A DNA stretch of 64,000 nucleotides from Octopus bimaculoides (GCF_001194135.2 NC_068992.1:52146226-52210225), one strand, 5' to 3'. Shown: positions 48,469 through 62,694, counted from the stretch's first letter. Translations and numbers: made by a program. Notes: a model not told the origin generated them from the letters alone.

Positions 48469-49429
48469 TATATGTTTATAAAATACGATTTTTTAGTATT
48501 GCTGCAAGAGAAGCCAGATTAATTTAGGAATGAAACTTACTCTCTAAGGAGAAGCAAACTTCTTACCATACAGCCACACCTGTGCCCATCAGTATGAATT
48601 GAAATCATCATGAAGCTAAAAGTAATCGACAGTGATTTTGTGAAGATACAGCTGAAATGTTAGTGACAATAGAACGAAAAATATTTAGAGCAATGCCAAG
48701 GCTAATTTTTTTTCTTTCAAAAATTTTTTAATGCTATTTTCTCTGGGATTTTGTCATGCAAATATCTGGAAAATATTTTACACTATCCCAGGAATGTTTC
48801 ACTTCTGAAAATTATGACCAAGCTGCTGTTTATGATTTAACTGAGAAGATCTCCAATAAATATCCTAAAAGAACTATAATTACAGTCATAAACAATTGTT
48901 AAGGTTTGTGTTTGTTATTGTCGTTGATGTTGTTATATTAATGGTACTTAAGCAGATCTAACATCAAAGGTGTTAATGCAGCGATCATGTTAACTTCTCT
49001 TTCAACATAGTCAAAGCAATTTGTTCTTTACTGTAGTAGCTCATGGGATAAATAACTTATTCTATTAACAGTCTATTCTTTTATATCTAAAGAATATTCG
49101 ACTTCTAAATAAGTTTCCCTGCCTCAATTCTATACCCAGTTAAAATAGTGAACTTAAATCTTCAACTGTTCATTCATTCAATTTGCATTGCAATACATTT
49201 TAATGTACAATGTAGATATAGCAATGAAACTATAGTATGTATTTTGGTTGAATATTCTGGTTCGCATAAAAAAAAAAAATATTTTAGAGAAATTCTTTAA
49301 AATGATAATAAAATGGCATGAAATGTTTTAAGTTATTTCAATTACATATAATCTTGCTAATATTCTTAAAATAGTCAATATTTATAGTCAATAAAAGTTG
49401 AAATATGTTTTCGGATGGAATGTACATTT

Positions 49430-49751
49430 ATTTACATGTATGTGTGTGTGTATGTGTGAGTGTGTGTGTGTGCGTGTGTGTGTGTGTGCATGCGTGTGCG
49501 CATGTGTGCGTGCACGTGGGTGAGTAGGCTGGTGTGGTGTGTTTGTATGTGTTATTTACAATTGCATATGTATATAAATAATATATAATGACTTCTATTC
49601 AAAATAGAAAGAATTCTCTATCTTTCTATTTCCTAAATACATATATACATATGCGTGTGTGTGTGTATGTGTGCATGTAGATACGTACACACACGCTATA
49701 TATATATGTACACACACACACATATATATGTCTACACACACACACACATAC

Positions 49752-49819
<68 letters not shown>

Positions 49820-50103
49820 GTCTATCTGCATACATATGCATATATGGTATATGCGTGCATATTCGTATTTCAAAGTATACCTATGAATATTAATATATAT
49901 GTTTCAATATGTCTATTATTCATATATACATAGGTATGTATGATGGATATGCTACAAATGTGGGTGTGTGGACCTGTGTTATGTATATATTCATGTGTGC
50001 ACATATGCTCATGCATGTGCTTCTGGTATATATTTGTTTGTGTGTATGTTTTCATGCACACACACACACATATATACATACATACAAACATACATATATA
50101 TAC

Positions 50104-50137
<34 letters not shown>

Positions 50138-50175
50138 ATACATATATATATATATATATACATATATATACATAT

Positions 50176-50237
<62 letters not shown>

Positions 50238-50370
50238 ATACATATATATATATATATATACATATATACACACACACACATTTGCATATATATATGTATT
50301 TGTGTATACAAGTAATCACTGACATAAAGTGTATATAAGATAGTGTGAGAATACGCATGGGTATGTGTAT
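49430..50370. repeat. About 0.9-kb compound (TG)/(TA)/(CA) microsatellite field
   Basis: Directly visible. Source of the ORFs at 49595-50358. Confidence 0.95.
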
Positions 50371-50947
50371 ATATGTATGAATAACTTTTAAACTATTTTG
50401 CTTTTAATTTTCTTAATTTTTGCATGTACAAAATTTTCCAATTTAGATTTCTAATTTTATCAAAATCAAGATTTTCACACACATTTGTTTTATTTTTATT
50501 TTTCCCTCCCAACATTTAATGAAATGTTCATATTTACAAACCATTCTATAAAGTTTAGACAAAATGTATTTAAAGAAAGGAAATGGCAAAATTATTTGAC
50601 ATTTTACAAATATTTTCTGAAATTTTAGGCACATAATCAATGTGCAATTGATGCAAAGTTACATAGATGTTTAAGTTATTCCTGTTGTATGTTCATGAAA
50701 ATCAGCTGTTAACATGGTTAGGGAAAGTTAATTGAATACTACCTTGATATAATGATCAGTGAAACCTTATTTAGCTTTCCTATCACAGTTAATGAATCAC
50801 TTTAGAAGCTTGTTGACCCAAGAGGTATCACTTTAAATAAAGGCCTTCTTCCTTAGCAGTAAGAAAATCAAAGAAATTATTCTACTTTTCATTGTAATTT
50901 AATATTCCTGTCTTGAACTATCTATGTTATCTATCTGTCTCTCTCTC

Positions 50948-50997
<50 letters not shown>

Positions 50998-51438
50998 NNN
51001 NNNNNNNNNNNNNNNNNNNNNNNNNNNNNNNNNNNNNNNNNNNNNNNNNNNNNNNNNNNNNNNNNNNNNNNNNNNNNNNNNNNNNNNNNNNNNNNNNNNN
51101 NNNNNNNNNNNNNNNNNNNNNNNNNNNNNNNNNNNNNNNNNNNNNNNNNNNNNNNNNNNNNNNNNNNNNNNNNNNNNNNNNNNNNNNNNNNNNNNNNNNN
51201 NNNNNNNNNNNNNNNNNNNNNNNNNNNNNNNNNNNNNNNNNNNNNNNNNNNNNNNNNNNNNNNNNNNNNNNNNNNNNNNNNNNNNNNNNNNNNNNNNNNN
51301 NNNNNNNNNNNNNNNNNNNNNNNNNNNNNNNNNNNNNNNNNNNNNNNNNNNNNNNNNNNNNNNNNNNNNNNNNNNNNNNNNNNNNNNNNNNNNNNNNNNN
51401 NNNNNNNNNNNNNNNNNNNNNNNNNNNNNNNNNNNNNN

Positions 51439-51482
<44 letters not shown>

Positions 51483-52329
51483 GTCACCAGTATATTTACC
51501 GTGACATATATATATATATAGGTGCCCTTTGTACTTTAGTTATGTTTATATTTTATCCATTAGGTCGTAAAATTGTGAATTAGCCGTCCATATTGTTTAT
51601 ATAAATATATATATAAAGAGAGAGAGAGAATTGATGTGTAAACATTAAAATATACATTAAGAGTAAATAAAAATCCACTTAATAGCATGTCATCAAACTT
51701 CGGTGCACAATTACAATGCTATAAGCTCAGGTGAAACAAACTTGCAGCTATATACAGAATTGGCTACAATGATATCGTAGAGCAACTTATTTAGAATAAA
51801 AACCAGAATCGTATTGATTTCACATATACTTCATGATTTAACTGTATTCGACTTATCTTTCATTGATTCTAAACAGCACTATTTATATAACTACATAATT
51901 AAATTTAGATGTGATGTTTTGCAGTTATTGCCAGGAGTGGTAATAATTTATATTATTGTTGACAATGATATTTCACTTGTCACTCTTGTATCAAAAGACT
52001 TCAAGTTAATAATATTCTGTTACTGATGCCATCTAGTTTGCTGTTCAAAACACAAATCCTGTAGAAACGAAATCTATAATATAAAATAGAAGCCAGAAAG
52101 GACCATCTACCAATTAATGAGATTATCAGCACACCTGAGACTGCCTCTTATTCTGTGATACAAAGTTCATGCTTTTAAATGATTTGAATTCAAACCTTCC
52201 ATGAGAATTTCAAGTTAATTAATTTTCCAAATGCCAGTCTTATAAATTCATTTAATTCATATGCAAAACTTTGTCAGCAATATGGATATAAGTACCTCAA
52301 CTCATAAAAAAAAAAAATCAAGTCTTTAA

Positions 52330-52551
52330 CCCTTTTGTTATCGTATTTATTTTGAGATGCTATGTTTTTCTTTCAATTAATTTTAAATACAACAAAGAAT
52401 TTAGTAAAATAACTCTGTTACCATTATGCTAGTGTTAGGAACATAAATTGTGACTAAGGTCTGGTGGAAGATTTTAATTCAGAACCTATGAAAACAAAAC
52501 ATTTGTACAACAGAGTCAAAGGATATTTCAGCCGGGTTGGTATCGAAAGGG
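52330..52551. mobile_element. piggyBac-like MITE family 1, copy 2
   Basis: TTAA(52326-52329)-CCCTTTTGTTATC...GGTATCGAAAGGG-TTAA(52552-52555). Confidence 0.85.
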
Positions 52552-52568
52552 TTAACATTGTTCACAGT

Positions 52569-52960
52569 GGAGGTGCAATGGCCCAGTGGTTAGGGCAGCG
52601 GACTCGCGGTCATAGGATCGCGGTTTCGATTCCCAGACCGGGCGTTGTGAGTGTTTATTGAGTGAAAACACCTAAAGCTCCACGTGGCTCCAACAGGGGA
52701 TGGTGGCGAACCCTGCTGTACTCTTTCACCACAACTTTCTCTCACTCTTACTTCCTGTTTCTGTTGTGCCTGTAATTCAAAGGGTCAGCCTTGTCACACT
52801 GTGTCACGCTGAATATCCCCTTAGAACTACGTTGAGGGTACACATGTCTGTGGAGTGCTCAGCCACTTGCACGTTAATTTCACGAGCAGGTTGTTCCGTT
52901 GATCGGATCAACTGGAACCTTCGACGTCGTAAGCGACGGAGTGCCAACAACAACAACAAC
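52569..52960 (+). mobile_element. SINE family C, full length
   Basis: Complete A/B boxes and (CAA)n tail. Repeated flank AACATTGTTC at 52554-52563 and 52958-52967. Confidence 0.92.
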
Positions 52961-53114
52961 ATTGTTCCCCCTTTTTGTTATTTTAGTCTATCACCTGCCC
53001 TTCAAACTATCTATACCTGCAATGGTCAGACTTTCATCTTTCCTTCAGACTCATAAATGCATATGTACACTTATATTTATACTCATACACACATACTTTC
53101 TCTCTCTCATACAC

Positions 53115-53180
<66 letters not shown>

Positions 53181-53824
53181 CTCATCTGAGAAGTCATGGA
53201 TGGAGTGTAAGAAGCACCATTGACAATGAGGAAACGCAAGGAGACAAAGTTGATTTCTATTGTATTTGCAAAACAGGGAATAGTTTAATTCTCACAATAG
53301 CAAAATAAATACTAAATTATCTATGAAATATTTTTCTAAACCTATAATCTGCTTGAGTGTAAGTTTATCAAACAACAGAAATATTGCAAGGATACAAATG
53401 AAATATTTGTAAAGAATTTAATCTCCTATGATATTTAATTTTCCTTCATGCAAATTCACAGATAGCAAACGAAGTAAAGCATATACAAGATAAAATAACT
53501 TTTCCTCATTATTTACTAAATATTTTCAGTAAGAGGAATCCGTTCAACACAAAGATTACGACGTTGTCAAAGCATTTATTTTCTGGTTATTTTTAATAAT
53601 TTTTATAATAATAAAGTTAATTAGTGAACTGCTTTCTATTTGGTTTCTCAAACATCGATGCTATTGATTTCAAAGGGAAATGATGATATAAAACTATATC
53701 CATTTTTCACACTAAGCTAATAACATAAACAAAATCTACTTCAAAAATTAAAATAAAAACAGACAACAAAAATTCATTGATAACCACCATGCAATTAATC
53801 ATATCAATTTTCCTTTCTTTTAAG

Positions 53825-54182
53825 GGATGATGGTGATGATGATGATGAGGTGGAGGGCGATGATGATGACGACGACGATGATGGTGGTGGTTGGGATGAT
53901 GAAGATGCTGACAATGATAATAATTGCGACGACAACAATGATGATGATAAAGATGTTGATGATGACGAGGACAATCGTGATGACGACGACGATGATGAAG
54001 ATGATGATGGTGGTGGTGATGAGGATGAGGATGACAATGATGATTATGATGATGATGATGACGTTGACAAGTTGATGATGATCATCATCATCATGATCAA
54101 CTTCATCATCATCATCCTGTTGATGATGACAATGTTAATGACGATGATGCTTATGATGGTGACAACAATGATGACGACGATG
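53825..54182. repeat. (GAT/GAC/GGT)n low-complexity tract
   Basis: Directly visible. Source of the poly-D, poly-M and poly-S ORFs. Confidence 0.95.
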
Positions 54183-54328
54183 TTTCCGTCTACCAAATCC
54201 ACTCACAAGGCTTTGGTCGGCCTGAAGCTATAGTAGAAGACAATTGCCCAAGGTGCCATGCAGTGGGACTGAACCCAGAACCATGTGGTTGGTAAGCAAG
54301 CTACTTACCACACAGCCACTCCTGCGCC
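54183..54328 (-). mobile_element. SINE family A, 5' half, inverted
   Basis: tttccgtctaccaaatccactcac...cttaccacacagccactcctgcgcc. Confidence 0.9.
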
Positions 54329-55096
54329 TTGCAGAAGACACCTTGAGAAAAACTCTCATATTGGATTTTGGAGCAAAAGGCACTTGTGTTTATATCGCTT
54401 GTGGGAGTGGGAAAAATCCAGGCCATTTCTAGCAATGAGACTACCAGATCACATGATTTCAACCTTTCATGGTCTCGTCAATGAAGGATGCCAAAAACAG
54501 TAACTAAAACCCAGAAAATTTAATTATATATTCTTGAATAAAGGAAGAACAAACTTGAAGATATAGTTCTTGGTAAATTGTGCCTTAAATTGCTAACAGC
54601 CAAATTCTTTCCACTCTGCTTTCCATAGATAATTCATTTTAATTAATTAAAATTTCAGGCTTATTTTTGCATGCCTTTTTCTTTTACCAGAATTAATCAT
54701 TTAGAAAATGATTGTTCTAGTCATTAAGGGAAATTAAAAATTTGTTGGCTTACTACATTAATTTCATGTCTTTCAACAGAAGACTTTATAGTGAATCCCA
54801 CTTTACTGGAATGCCTTCAAAGTATTTGAGATATTCACAGCTTTTATGTTTCTGATGATAGGTTTACTGATCAAGGCTTACCAAGGGCTAAACAACAAAA
54901 ACGTTGAGTATTATGTGTTCTGTTAGCAGAAAGTGAATCTGGATAAGAACCCAGAAGTAAAACTAGCAAAGAGAATTATGCATTTTTGTTGAAAAAATAA
55001 ATAGATAAATAAATAAATAAATAAAATACAGTGCCAAAAGGGACAGGTTTAAGGAAAAAGGAACATCTACAGGAAATGGTTGATTTAGAAGTTTAA

Positions 55097-55316
55097 CCTG
55101 TTAGCATTCAGATTTTTCTGTCAAATCTAATGCTTGTTCATTCATGTTGTTTCAAATTAATCATGTGTTATCTTGTAGCTTTGAGATTTCTATGATGTGA
55201 TTGTTTATTTTTAGAATGACATTGTAAAGCAGGTGGGAGAAGCCAGATCTAGCTGGTTTATACATAAAACAGAAAGAATATTTGGGCTGGATATGGCCAG
55301 TTTAAATGTTAAACGG
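55097..55316. mobile_element. piggyBac-like MITE family 2
   Basis: TTAA(55093-55096)-CCTGTTAGCATT...AATGTTAAACGG-TTAA(55317-55320). Confidence 0.75.
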
Positions 55317-55488
55317 TTAAGTGTAAAATGTTTCGGGCACCTTCTTATGCTACCACTATAGTAAAGTGAAGAAAGCAGTGTAGTTCTGAAATTATGGCTT
55401 AATTTCTCCAATGTGATCATAGTATAGGCATCCAACAATTATTTCAGTTCTACTTTTGACTGTCAGTAGTAATATTTGTTTGATTTAA

Positions 55489-55699
55489 GGTGGCGAGCTG
55501 GCAGAAATATTAGCATGCTGGGTGAAATGCTTAGTAGTATTTCATCTGTCTTAGTGTTCTGAGTTCGAATTCCACCTAGGTGGACTTTGCCTGTCATCCT
55601 TTCGGGGTCGATAAATTAAGTACCAGTTGCATACTGGGGTCGATCTAATTGACTGGTTCCCTCCCCAAAATTTCAGGCCTTGTGCCTAGAGTAGAAAGG
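55489..55699 (+). mobile_element. SINE family B, full length
   Basis: Complete copy. 12-bp repeat AATATTTGTTTG at 55471-55482 and 55700-55711 (probable TSD). Confidence 0.92.
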
Positions 55700-58184
55700 A
55701 ATATTTGTTTGTTTCTTTTGTAATATTTTGCATATATTAGAACTCAGAATGCAGATATAGATATGTGTATGTGTGAATGTAGGTTATTATCGTTAAAATG
55801 AGTTGAGAAACAGAGGTAGGAGTTTTTCTATTATGTGCTACCCTTATATCAAATATCACTTAGCCTCACAATGCTGTGTCGCCAAGCAGGGTACATCTCT
55901 GCTTCCTATTATACTCTTTTATATCCAATTTGCCAGGCTTGCATAGTTTAGATTGATTTTTTTCTTTTTTTCTGGTAGGAGGTTATGAAATTGTTTTTAC
56001 AGCTTGTGGCCCTTCCTACCACTCTACAAAACAATGAAGTAGGAGTGGATCCAGTTTTATGACTGCCAAGTAAACTGGAACAAGCAGAATTAATAATGTC
56101 CTGCTCTGGGGTACAACAGACAATGTAACTTGATTTGAACATACTATCACAGAATGATGCTGCTTTGTCAGTCACAGAATAGTGTTGCCTCATCTTTGTA
56201 TTAAGTTTGAAACCTTAACTTCTTCCTGTTTGTGTAAAAATTGTCAGTTTTAATTGAGGCTAAATATTGCTGTAACTTTAACATTAGAATCTTCATTTTA
56301 ACTATTCTATATCACCACAATTAGCTTGATGCCAATGTATTTTATCAATGTTTATTATAATTCTGTTAAACTTCATTTCCTTGGGAAAACATTACTTGCA
56401 ATTGTTTTAAATATTGTCGTTAATAAATTTGTTTTTGATTTACATAAATTTTGAAAAATCAAGTTACTTTTTAAAATTTAAAATGCCTGGTAGGCTTGTT
56501 TTCACACATGAATCCCTTTATACAATGTTAATCATCTGCAAGATGATTCATTTATTGATTAACCTTAACAACAAGCACCAAGTCAATAATAACAGTAAAC
56601 ATTAGGAATGGTAACAGAAACAGAGAATTAGTAATAACAGTAGCATTATGACAGAAGAAAGACTCGTTTATAGTTTGAAGGTCAGGTATGGCCTAAAGTA
56701 AACATTTATAGAAACAGGGGAATTGTATTTTATGTTCTACTAGTTTTAGCAAAAATTGATGTATTTCATATTACCAATGGAATATTCTGTTTCAATGTCA
56801 TAATTCTGTTGATTTTGCCCCAAAGAAGCTGCACAAAAGAAGTAGTAGGATTTGTTTTAAACTGATAAATTGAAAACGACACCCATGTTAAATATAATGC
56901 CCACAGCAAAATACAAAATACACATTGTAGGTTAAAATAATGCTTAGGTAATGTCTATACATATTTCCTAAAATGTGTTTATACTTAAAAGCAAATAAGT
57001 AAAAAAAAAAAAGAAAAGAAAGAAGAAAGAAGAAGCGTAGAAGACAAAATCATTCTTTGTATAAAGTAAATCAATTCTTTCAAGGATTCAAGGATAGACG
57101 ATATCACTAATTGCCTAAAACCACCAAAGAATGAGATTAGTTATGACCTATATTCACAAGAAGAACTTTATAATTTTATTCTGCATGTCTTACATTTCAG
57201 TAGCATTATCTCATTTCCTAATACCAATTAGACCAACTGATATATTATCATATAATCCTAGTTGTTATAAAGTAGCTATGCATAATCTCAAGGTAGAACA
57301 GTATTGTTTTTGCTGTAAACATGCTTAACATATTTCTAGATATGTAAATGTGAAAAGCATATTAAAGATAAGAAGAGCATTAAAATCTTACTAAAAATAT
57401 TCATTGATTGACTTTTACAAGAAATTAATTATAACACATACATAGGTTAATCATATCAAGAATTCATTTTTATAAATTACTGATAAAAAAATAACCTATT
57501 AAATCCATAGAAGTTCATAACTAATTCAAGACAGTAGGGTAGTATTTAAAGAGAGTTTAGCTGCAAATTCATGTACATTGAGCAACCACATATAGGTTTC
57601 AGCTCATACATCCCTCTATGTTGTAGATAACAATATAAATTCAGACCATTACACACAACCACCACCCTACTCACGAATATAACAAAGAAAATACATAATA
57701 GTTTCAACGATAAAATGCATCTCAGAGCTTTACAAACAGAAAGACATGTTGTGCATGCAACGGGCACAGCTTATTGATATAGCAAGCTGCAAGTCTCACA
57801 ACCACTTTCAGTGCATGGAAATCTATCTTCAGATATGCAAACGAATATATAAAAACCTTTAAGGCACTACTACAACAACAATGGTCTAAAAACATGATCC
57901 CTCTAATTCAGCCCAGATGGAATAAAAAATGCATACTTATAGAAATATTTCCAACATAAATAACTACAGCAGGCTAAGAATTACATTGAGATACACCCAA
58001 CAACAGTAAGTGTAGAGAGCAACCATTGCACTATAACCAAGTCCACTTTGCCTTCCTCTGTTATGGTCACCAGCCAAATTTATGAAAGTTCAGAAATAGG
58101 GCTGACTGCTGGATAGTGAAGGGAAGGCAATGTGTCCAGACTACTATAATGCACAGCATACATCAATAATAGGTATGCATATCA

Positions 58185-58770
58185 TTATTCAGTTTAATTC
58201 TAGGTTTCTTGCCAATAAAGAACCAGTTTCGAACCTAGATCCAAGGTTACTTCATTGGAATTTCAACATCAACAACAGAGTATGCATGTATGTATGTATG
58301 TATGTATGTATGTATGTATGTATGCATGCATGCATGTATGTATATATGTATTTATGTATGTATATATGTATGTATGCATGTATGTATGTATGTATGTATG
58401 TACGTATGTATGTGCAGATTTGTATGTTTTATGTATGTATTCTCATGCATATGGTTGCATATCTAATCATGCTCATATATATTTAAATGATAAACTTCTG
58501 GAAAGTTTTACAGATTCTTACAGTTCCAGTGAAATGGATCTGTAGTCTTCAAATTAGCTTTCTCCTTTCTGGTTTTGAGAAGCCTAATTTCTCAAGATTG
58601 GTATTTAGGCAGTGCATTACATATCCCAGGGCCCCAATAATTACAGGTATAAACCTGAACTTGTAATATGGATAGAGTAACTGCAGATTTCTCAATAGTT
58701 CAACATAGATATTCTCTTTTTCACTGATATTCAGCTTTATGTTAACATCCTCTGGGCAGCTAATTTCCAT
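58185..58770 (-). mobile_element. RLE-type (R4/Dong/NeSL-like) non-LTR retrotransposon 3' fragment
   Basis: EISCPEDVNIKLNISEKENIYVELLRNLQLLYPYYKFRFIPVIIGALG...LEKLG...LI*RLQ...GTVRICKTF matches the restriction-like endonuclease C-terminus (E...P.D.N...K..EK...Y..L...IP.V.GALG). (TACA)n lies within the putative 3' UTR. Confidence 0.8.
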
Positions 58771-59508
58771 GTATGTATGTATATATGCATAGCATTCATT
58801 ATAGTAAAATGAGAAAAATGATTTATCTTAATCGCTATAGAACAATTAAATACTGCAACATGAAAAGGAACAAAATTTCTGAAAGTAAAAATAAAATAAT
58901 ACCTAGTGTCTGATTGGAATAGATATAATCAGTAGCATAAGAGTACATACTAATTAAAAATTCATCTAAAATTGCTTTTAAATAATATTAAGAATAAATG
59001 TTTGGTGAACAACTAAAGAACAGAGAGGGAGGCAAAATGTATTAACATTCAACATATTGATAAAATGTTTGTTCCTCTACAGCTAGACAATCTGGTCCCT
59101 TGATTCCCTAATTACAAGAAAAGCATTATTTCTCTTCTACTCAATATAAAGGGCTCTGTAAGCAACACTAATATTCAAGAGAATTATCTGCAATTCTTAC
59201 TTCTACTCCACCTTCTTGCAAATTCTTCATTTGCCACATGTCTAAGAGCTTTATTTCCTCAACAATGTAATTAACCAACTAAACTGTTAGCTAACTAATT
59301 AACTAATTATCAAAAAAAGCAGTTACTGCTTAATAAAACTAATTAACCAACTAAACTGTTAGCTATGCATCACAAAATCTCTATGTCTGGATGATGCACT
59401 GAAATAGTATACTCTATAACCAGCTTCTATTTCAACACAGCTATTTAGTAATTCATCCTCTACACATAACTTCTTGGTATCTTGAAAATCTGCAACAGTG
59501 TACCTGAT

Positions 59509-59893
59509 TGTTATTGTTGGCACTCCGTCGCTTACACGTCGCGGGTTCCAGTTGATCCGATCAACGGAACAGCCTGCTTGTGAAATTAATGTGCAAGTGG
59601 CTGAGCACTCCACAGTTACGGATACCCTTAACGTAGTTCTCGGGGATATTCAGCGTGACACAGTGTGACAAGGCTGACCCTTTGAAATACAGGTACAACA
59701 GAAACAGGAAGAAAGAGTGAGAGAAAGTTGTGGTGAAAGAGTACAGCAGGGTTCGCCACCATCCTCTGCCGGAGCCTTGTGGAGCTTTAGATGTTTTCGC
59801 TCAATAAACACTCACAACGCCCGGTCTGGGAATCAAAACCGCAATCCTATGACTGTGAGTCTGCTGCCCTAACCACTGGGCCATTGCGCCTCC
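59509..59893 (-). mobile_element. SINE family C, full length, inverted
   Basis: Perfect 14-bp TSD ACAGTGTACCTGAT at 59495-59508 and 59894-59907. Confidence 0.95.
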
Positions 59894-59999
59894 ACAGTGT
59901 ACCTGATACTAATATAAGAAAATCAATTATTCCATTAACTACAACCATATTGGTTACAATTTCAACATAAATAAAGTACTGGTCATTCTCTGAGAGGTT

Positions 60000-60190
60000 T
60001 ATTGTTGAACCTGGTGCAGTGCAGACCTTCAGCATTCTTGGACTCCAGACCAGGTTGCTGCTCACTGTTATTGCGGTGGAGATGGCTATCTGCAAATGCA
60101 AGTCCCGTGTGTCAGAGTGGCTGTTCCAGTGCATCTCCGTCATCATCATTCAGGGCTGGAGGAGGAGGAGGAATCAAGATTCTCAGACTA
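60000..60190 (+). mobile_element. GC-rich island, possible Tx1/L1-like ORF2 C-terminal remnant
   Basis: Frame FSILGLQTRLLLTVIAVEMAICKCKSRV resembles LL..AK.AIW..R. Weak. Confidence 0.25.
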
Positions 60191-60854
60191 AAATTTACTG
60201 GAAAAAAAGATAGTAGGTGGATTTATACTCCAAGACAACTTTCAGGGACAAAAAATTTTATGTGAACTGCAGCAGGATTTAGAAAGATTGTGATGATGCT
60301 TGAGTGATTACACTGATCAATTATCCGTTCTTTCTATATATATACTGCAAAATCAGATCTTTTATGCATCCCCTGTATGTATATATTATGCTATAACTAT
60401 ACCTGCTATGTTGAAAATCAAGTGTAGATACTTGAAATTTCACAGGAAATTGTCAGTTTCATTCATCTCTCAATTTCTAATCATTAATAATCTGATTCTC
60501 TCCATAAAATTCTGTATCAATTACTAAATGCATATTCTCATATTAAGAACTACTACCATATTTAAACATCCACATTTTCAGGAAGTGTAAAACTGTGACT
60601 TTTGATTAAATTGTAGAGCTTCTTGGTTGAGTGTGGCATATGTACTTCTGTCTTTTCTATGTATCTTTGGCAATATATCCATCCATTCTGTATTGTTGAT
60701 GCATTCGATTCATGTACTGTGTGTATGAAATATTTGATTTTCAGTCATAAGCTTTGGGGTTCAATCTCACTGAGTAGCTTCTAGAGTATGAGGAGGTACC
60801 GAAAAGAAACCAGAATTTTGCAATATTATTTTATTTACTTAGTTTTACATGTTT

Positions 60855-61335
60855 ACACTTTTATTGTGAAATCGTGATGGCACCTGTACCAGTGGAGCAC
60901 TAAGAGCACCGTCCGAGCGTGATCGTTGCCAGAGCCGCTGTCTAGCTTCCGTGCCAGTGGCACGTAAATAGCACCAGCGTAATCGTTACCAACGTTGCCT
61001 TCCTGGCAAGTGAAAAGACATTCGAGCAAGAGCGTTGCCAGTACCGATGGACTGGCTCCTGTGCAGGTGGCATGTAAAAAAACACCATTTCGAGCGTGGC
61101 TGTTGCCAGTACCGCCTGACTGGTGGTACGTAAAAGCTTTGTGCTGGTGGTACGTAAAAGCACTCACTACACTCTTGGAGTGTTTGGCGTTAGGAAAAGC
61201 ATGCAGCTGTAGAAACTCTGCCAAATCAGATTAGAACCTGGTGTAACCACCTGGTCCACCAGTCCTCAGTCAAATCGTCCATCTCATGCTAGCATGGAAA
61301 GTGGACGTTAAACTACGATGATGATGATGATGATT
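60855..61335 (+). mobile_element. Element E, long copy with (GAT)n tail
   Basis: Internal subrepeats (gccagt/ggcacgtaaa), then gttaggaaaagcatgcagctgtagaaactctgcc...catgctagcatggaaagtggacgttaaactacgatgatg. Confidence 0.85.
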
Positions 61336-61699
61336 GCCTTCAAACTATTCTCCATTTGAAGCAATGCATCAGTCAAGACATGTTTTCCAGTGGTCAAAGC
61401 AATACTGGAATTCTTGTGAAGTGATGCTTTTTTATACCTCCACCATTTCTTTCTTCACCACTTCTACATCTAAGACATGCATAACACCAGCTTTTGTCAC
61501 CAGTGATAACTTTCAGAAAATGGACCGCATCAACTCCCAGCTGTTCTTTCAGTTTACGACATGCATTCAGTCATTACTGCTTTTGATCTTCAGTGAGCAA
61601 GCGAGGCACAAATTTTGCTGGAACACTTTCTTTCACAATTCCTCACTCAAAATTCGTTAGAAGGAGCTGCAGGACACACCAGTCATATCAAGTTTGTCA

Positions 61700-61910
61700 A
61701 TGACAGCGCCGGTGGTTGTGGTGATGGGGATGATGATAATGATGACGATGATGGTGGTGGTGGTGGTGGTGGTGGTGGTGGTGGTGGTGGTGGTGGTGGT
61801 GACAATGATAGCAGTGGTGGTGGCAGTGTTGATGGGGATGATGTTGATGATGACAACGACGATGGTAGTGGTGGTGGTGGTGATGGTTGTGGCGGTGGTG
61901 GTGGTGTGAT
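61700..61910. repeat. (GGT/GAT)n tract
   Basis: Directly visible. Confidence 0.95.
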
Positions 61911-62694
61911 GACATTGTCAAATATAGTAGATATGTCGAAAGAAACTTTTATGAAACATGGAGCAATAAACTTCTAAGGATTTCTATCTTATCCATACCA
62001 TAGGATTTGTCACATTTTGTTAATAAATAATCTTAAATCCTGAAATAACATTTTTCATACATATTTTCATCATAATTCTGATTATGAAATGCAAGCAAAA
62101 TGTGGATCGATAAAGGATTGTGAAAGAAGTAATAATTCAATTTCAATATTTTCCGACTACGAGAAAAATATATATAAATATATAAAATATCTATGAGCAA
62201 AATGAAAACTGCAACAACAGATGAATTCTGCAGTCTTATTCGTGCATATAAAATACCAGCAGCAGAACAAATATTTTAATTAAAATACATGTAAACGTTT
62301 ATAAGTTTATGCAGTTATTACACAATGAAGCCAATATAATATTGTGTATATATACACAATTGTTATATGAATTTGGCTTGATATGTATGCAGGTGTGAGT
62401 TTCGGTTGTATTAAAGCATCAAAATGAAATGTTTATTATTATTGGAAATGCGTGTCTTCAAAATGTTGTGACCAATGGAAAAAGAAAATATGCTTTCTTT
62501 TTATCATTTGATATTAAAAACTTATTGAGATATCAAATCATATATATGAAATGATATCATTATCTTCTGTAGACCCTCAAGTCTATTTTGATTACAGATA
62601 AATTTTTTTGTGGGACTACGGGAACAAAATGTTATGACAATACAAACCAGATAATATGTTTTGAGATGAAGAAATATCAAATATGGATATAGTT

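Noticed and set aside
55978-56038. Plus-strand exon EVMKLFLQLVALPTTLQNNE
   Set aside because: The acceptor is good but the GTAGGA donor is weak, and there is no recognisable homology or supporting neighbour.
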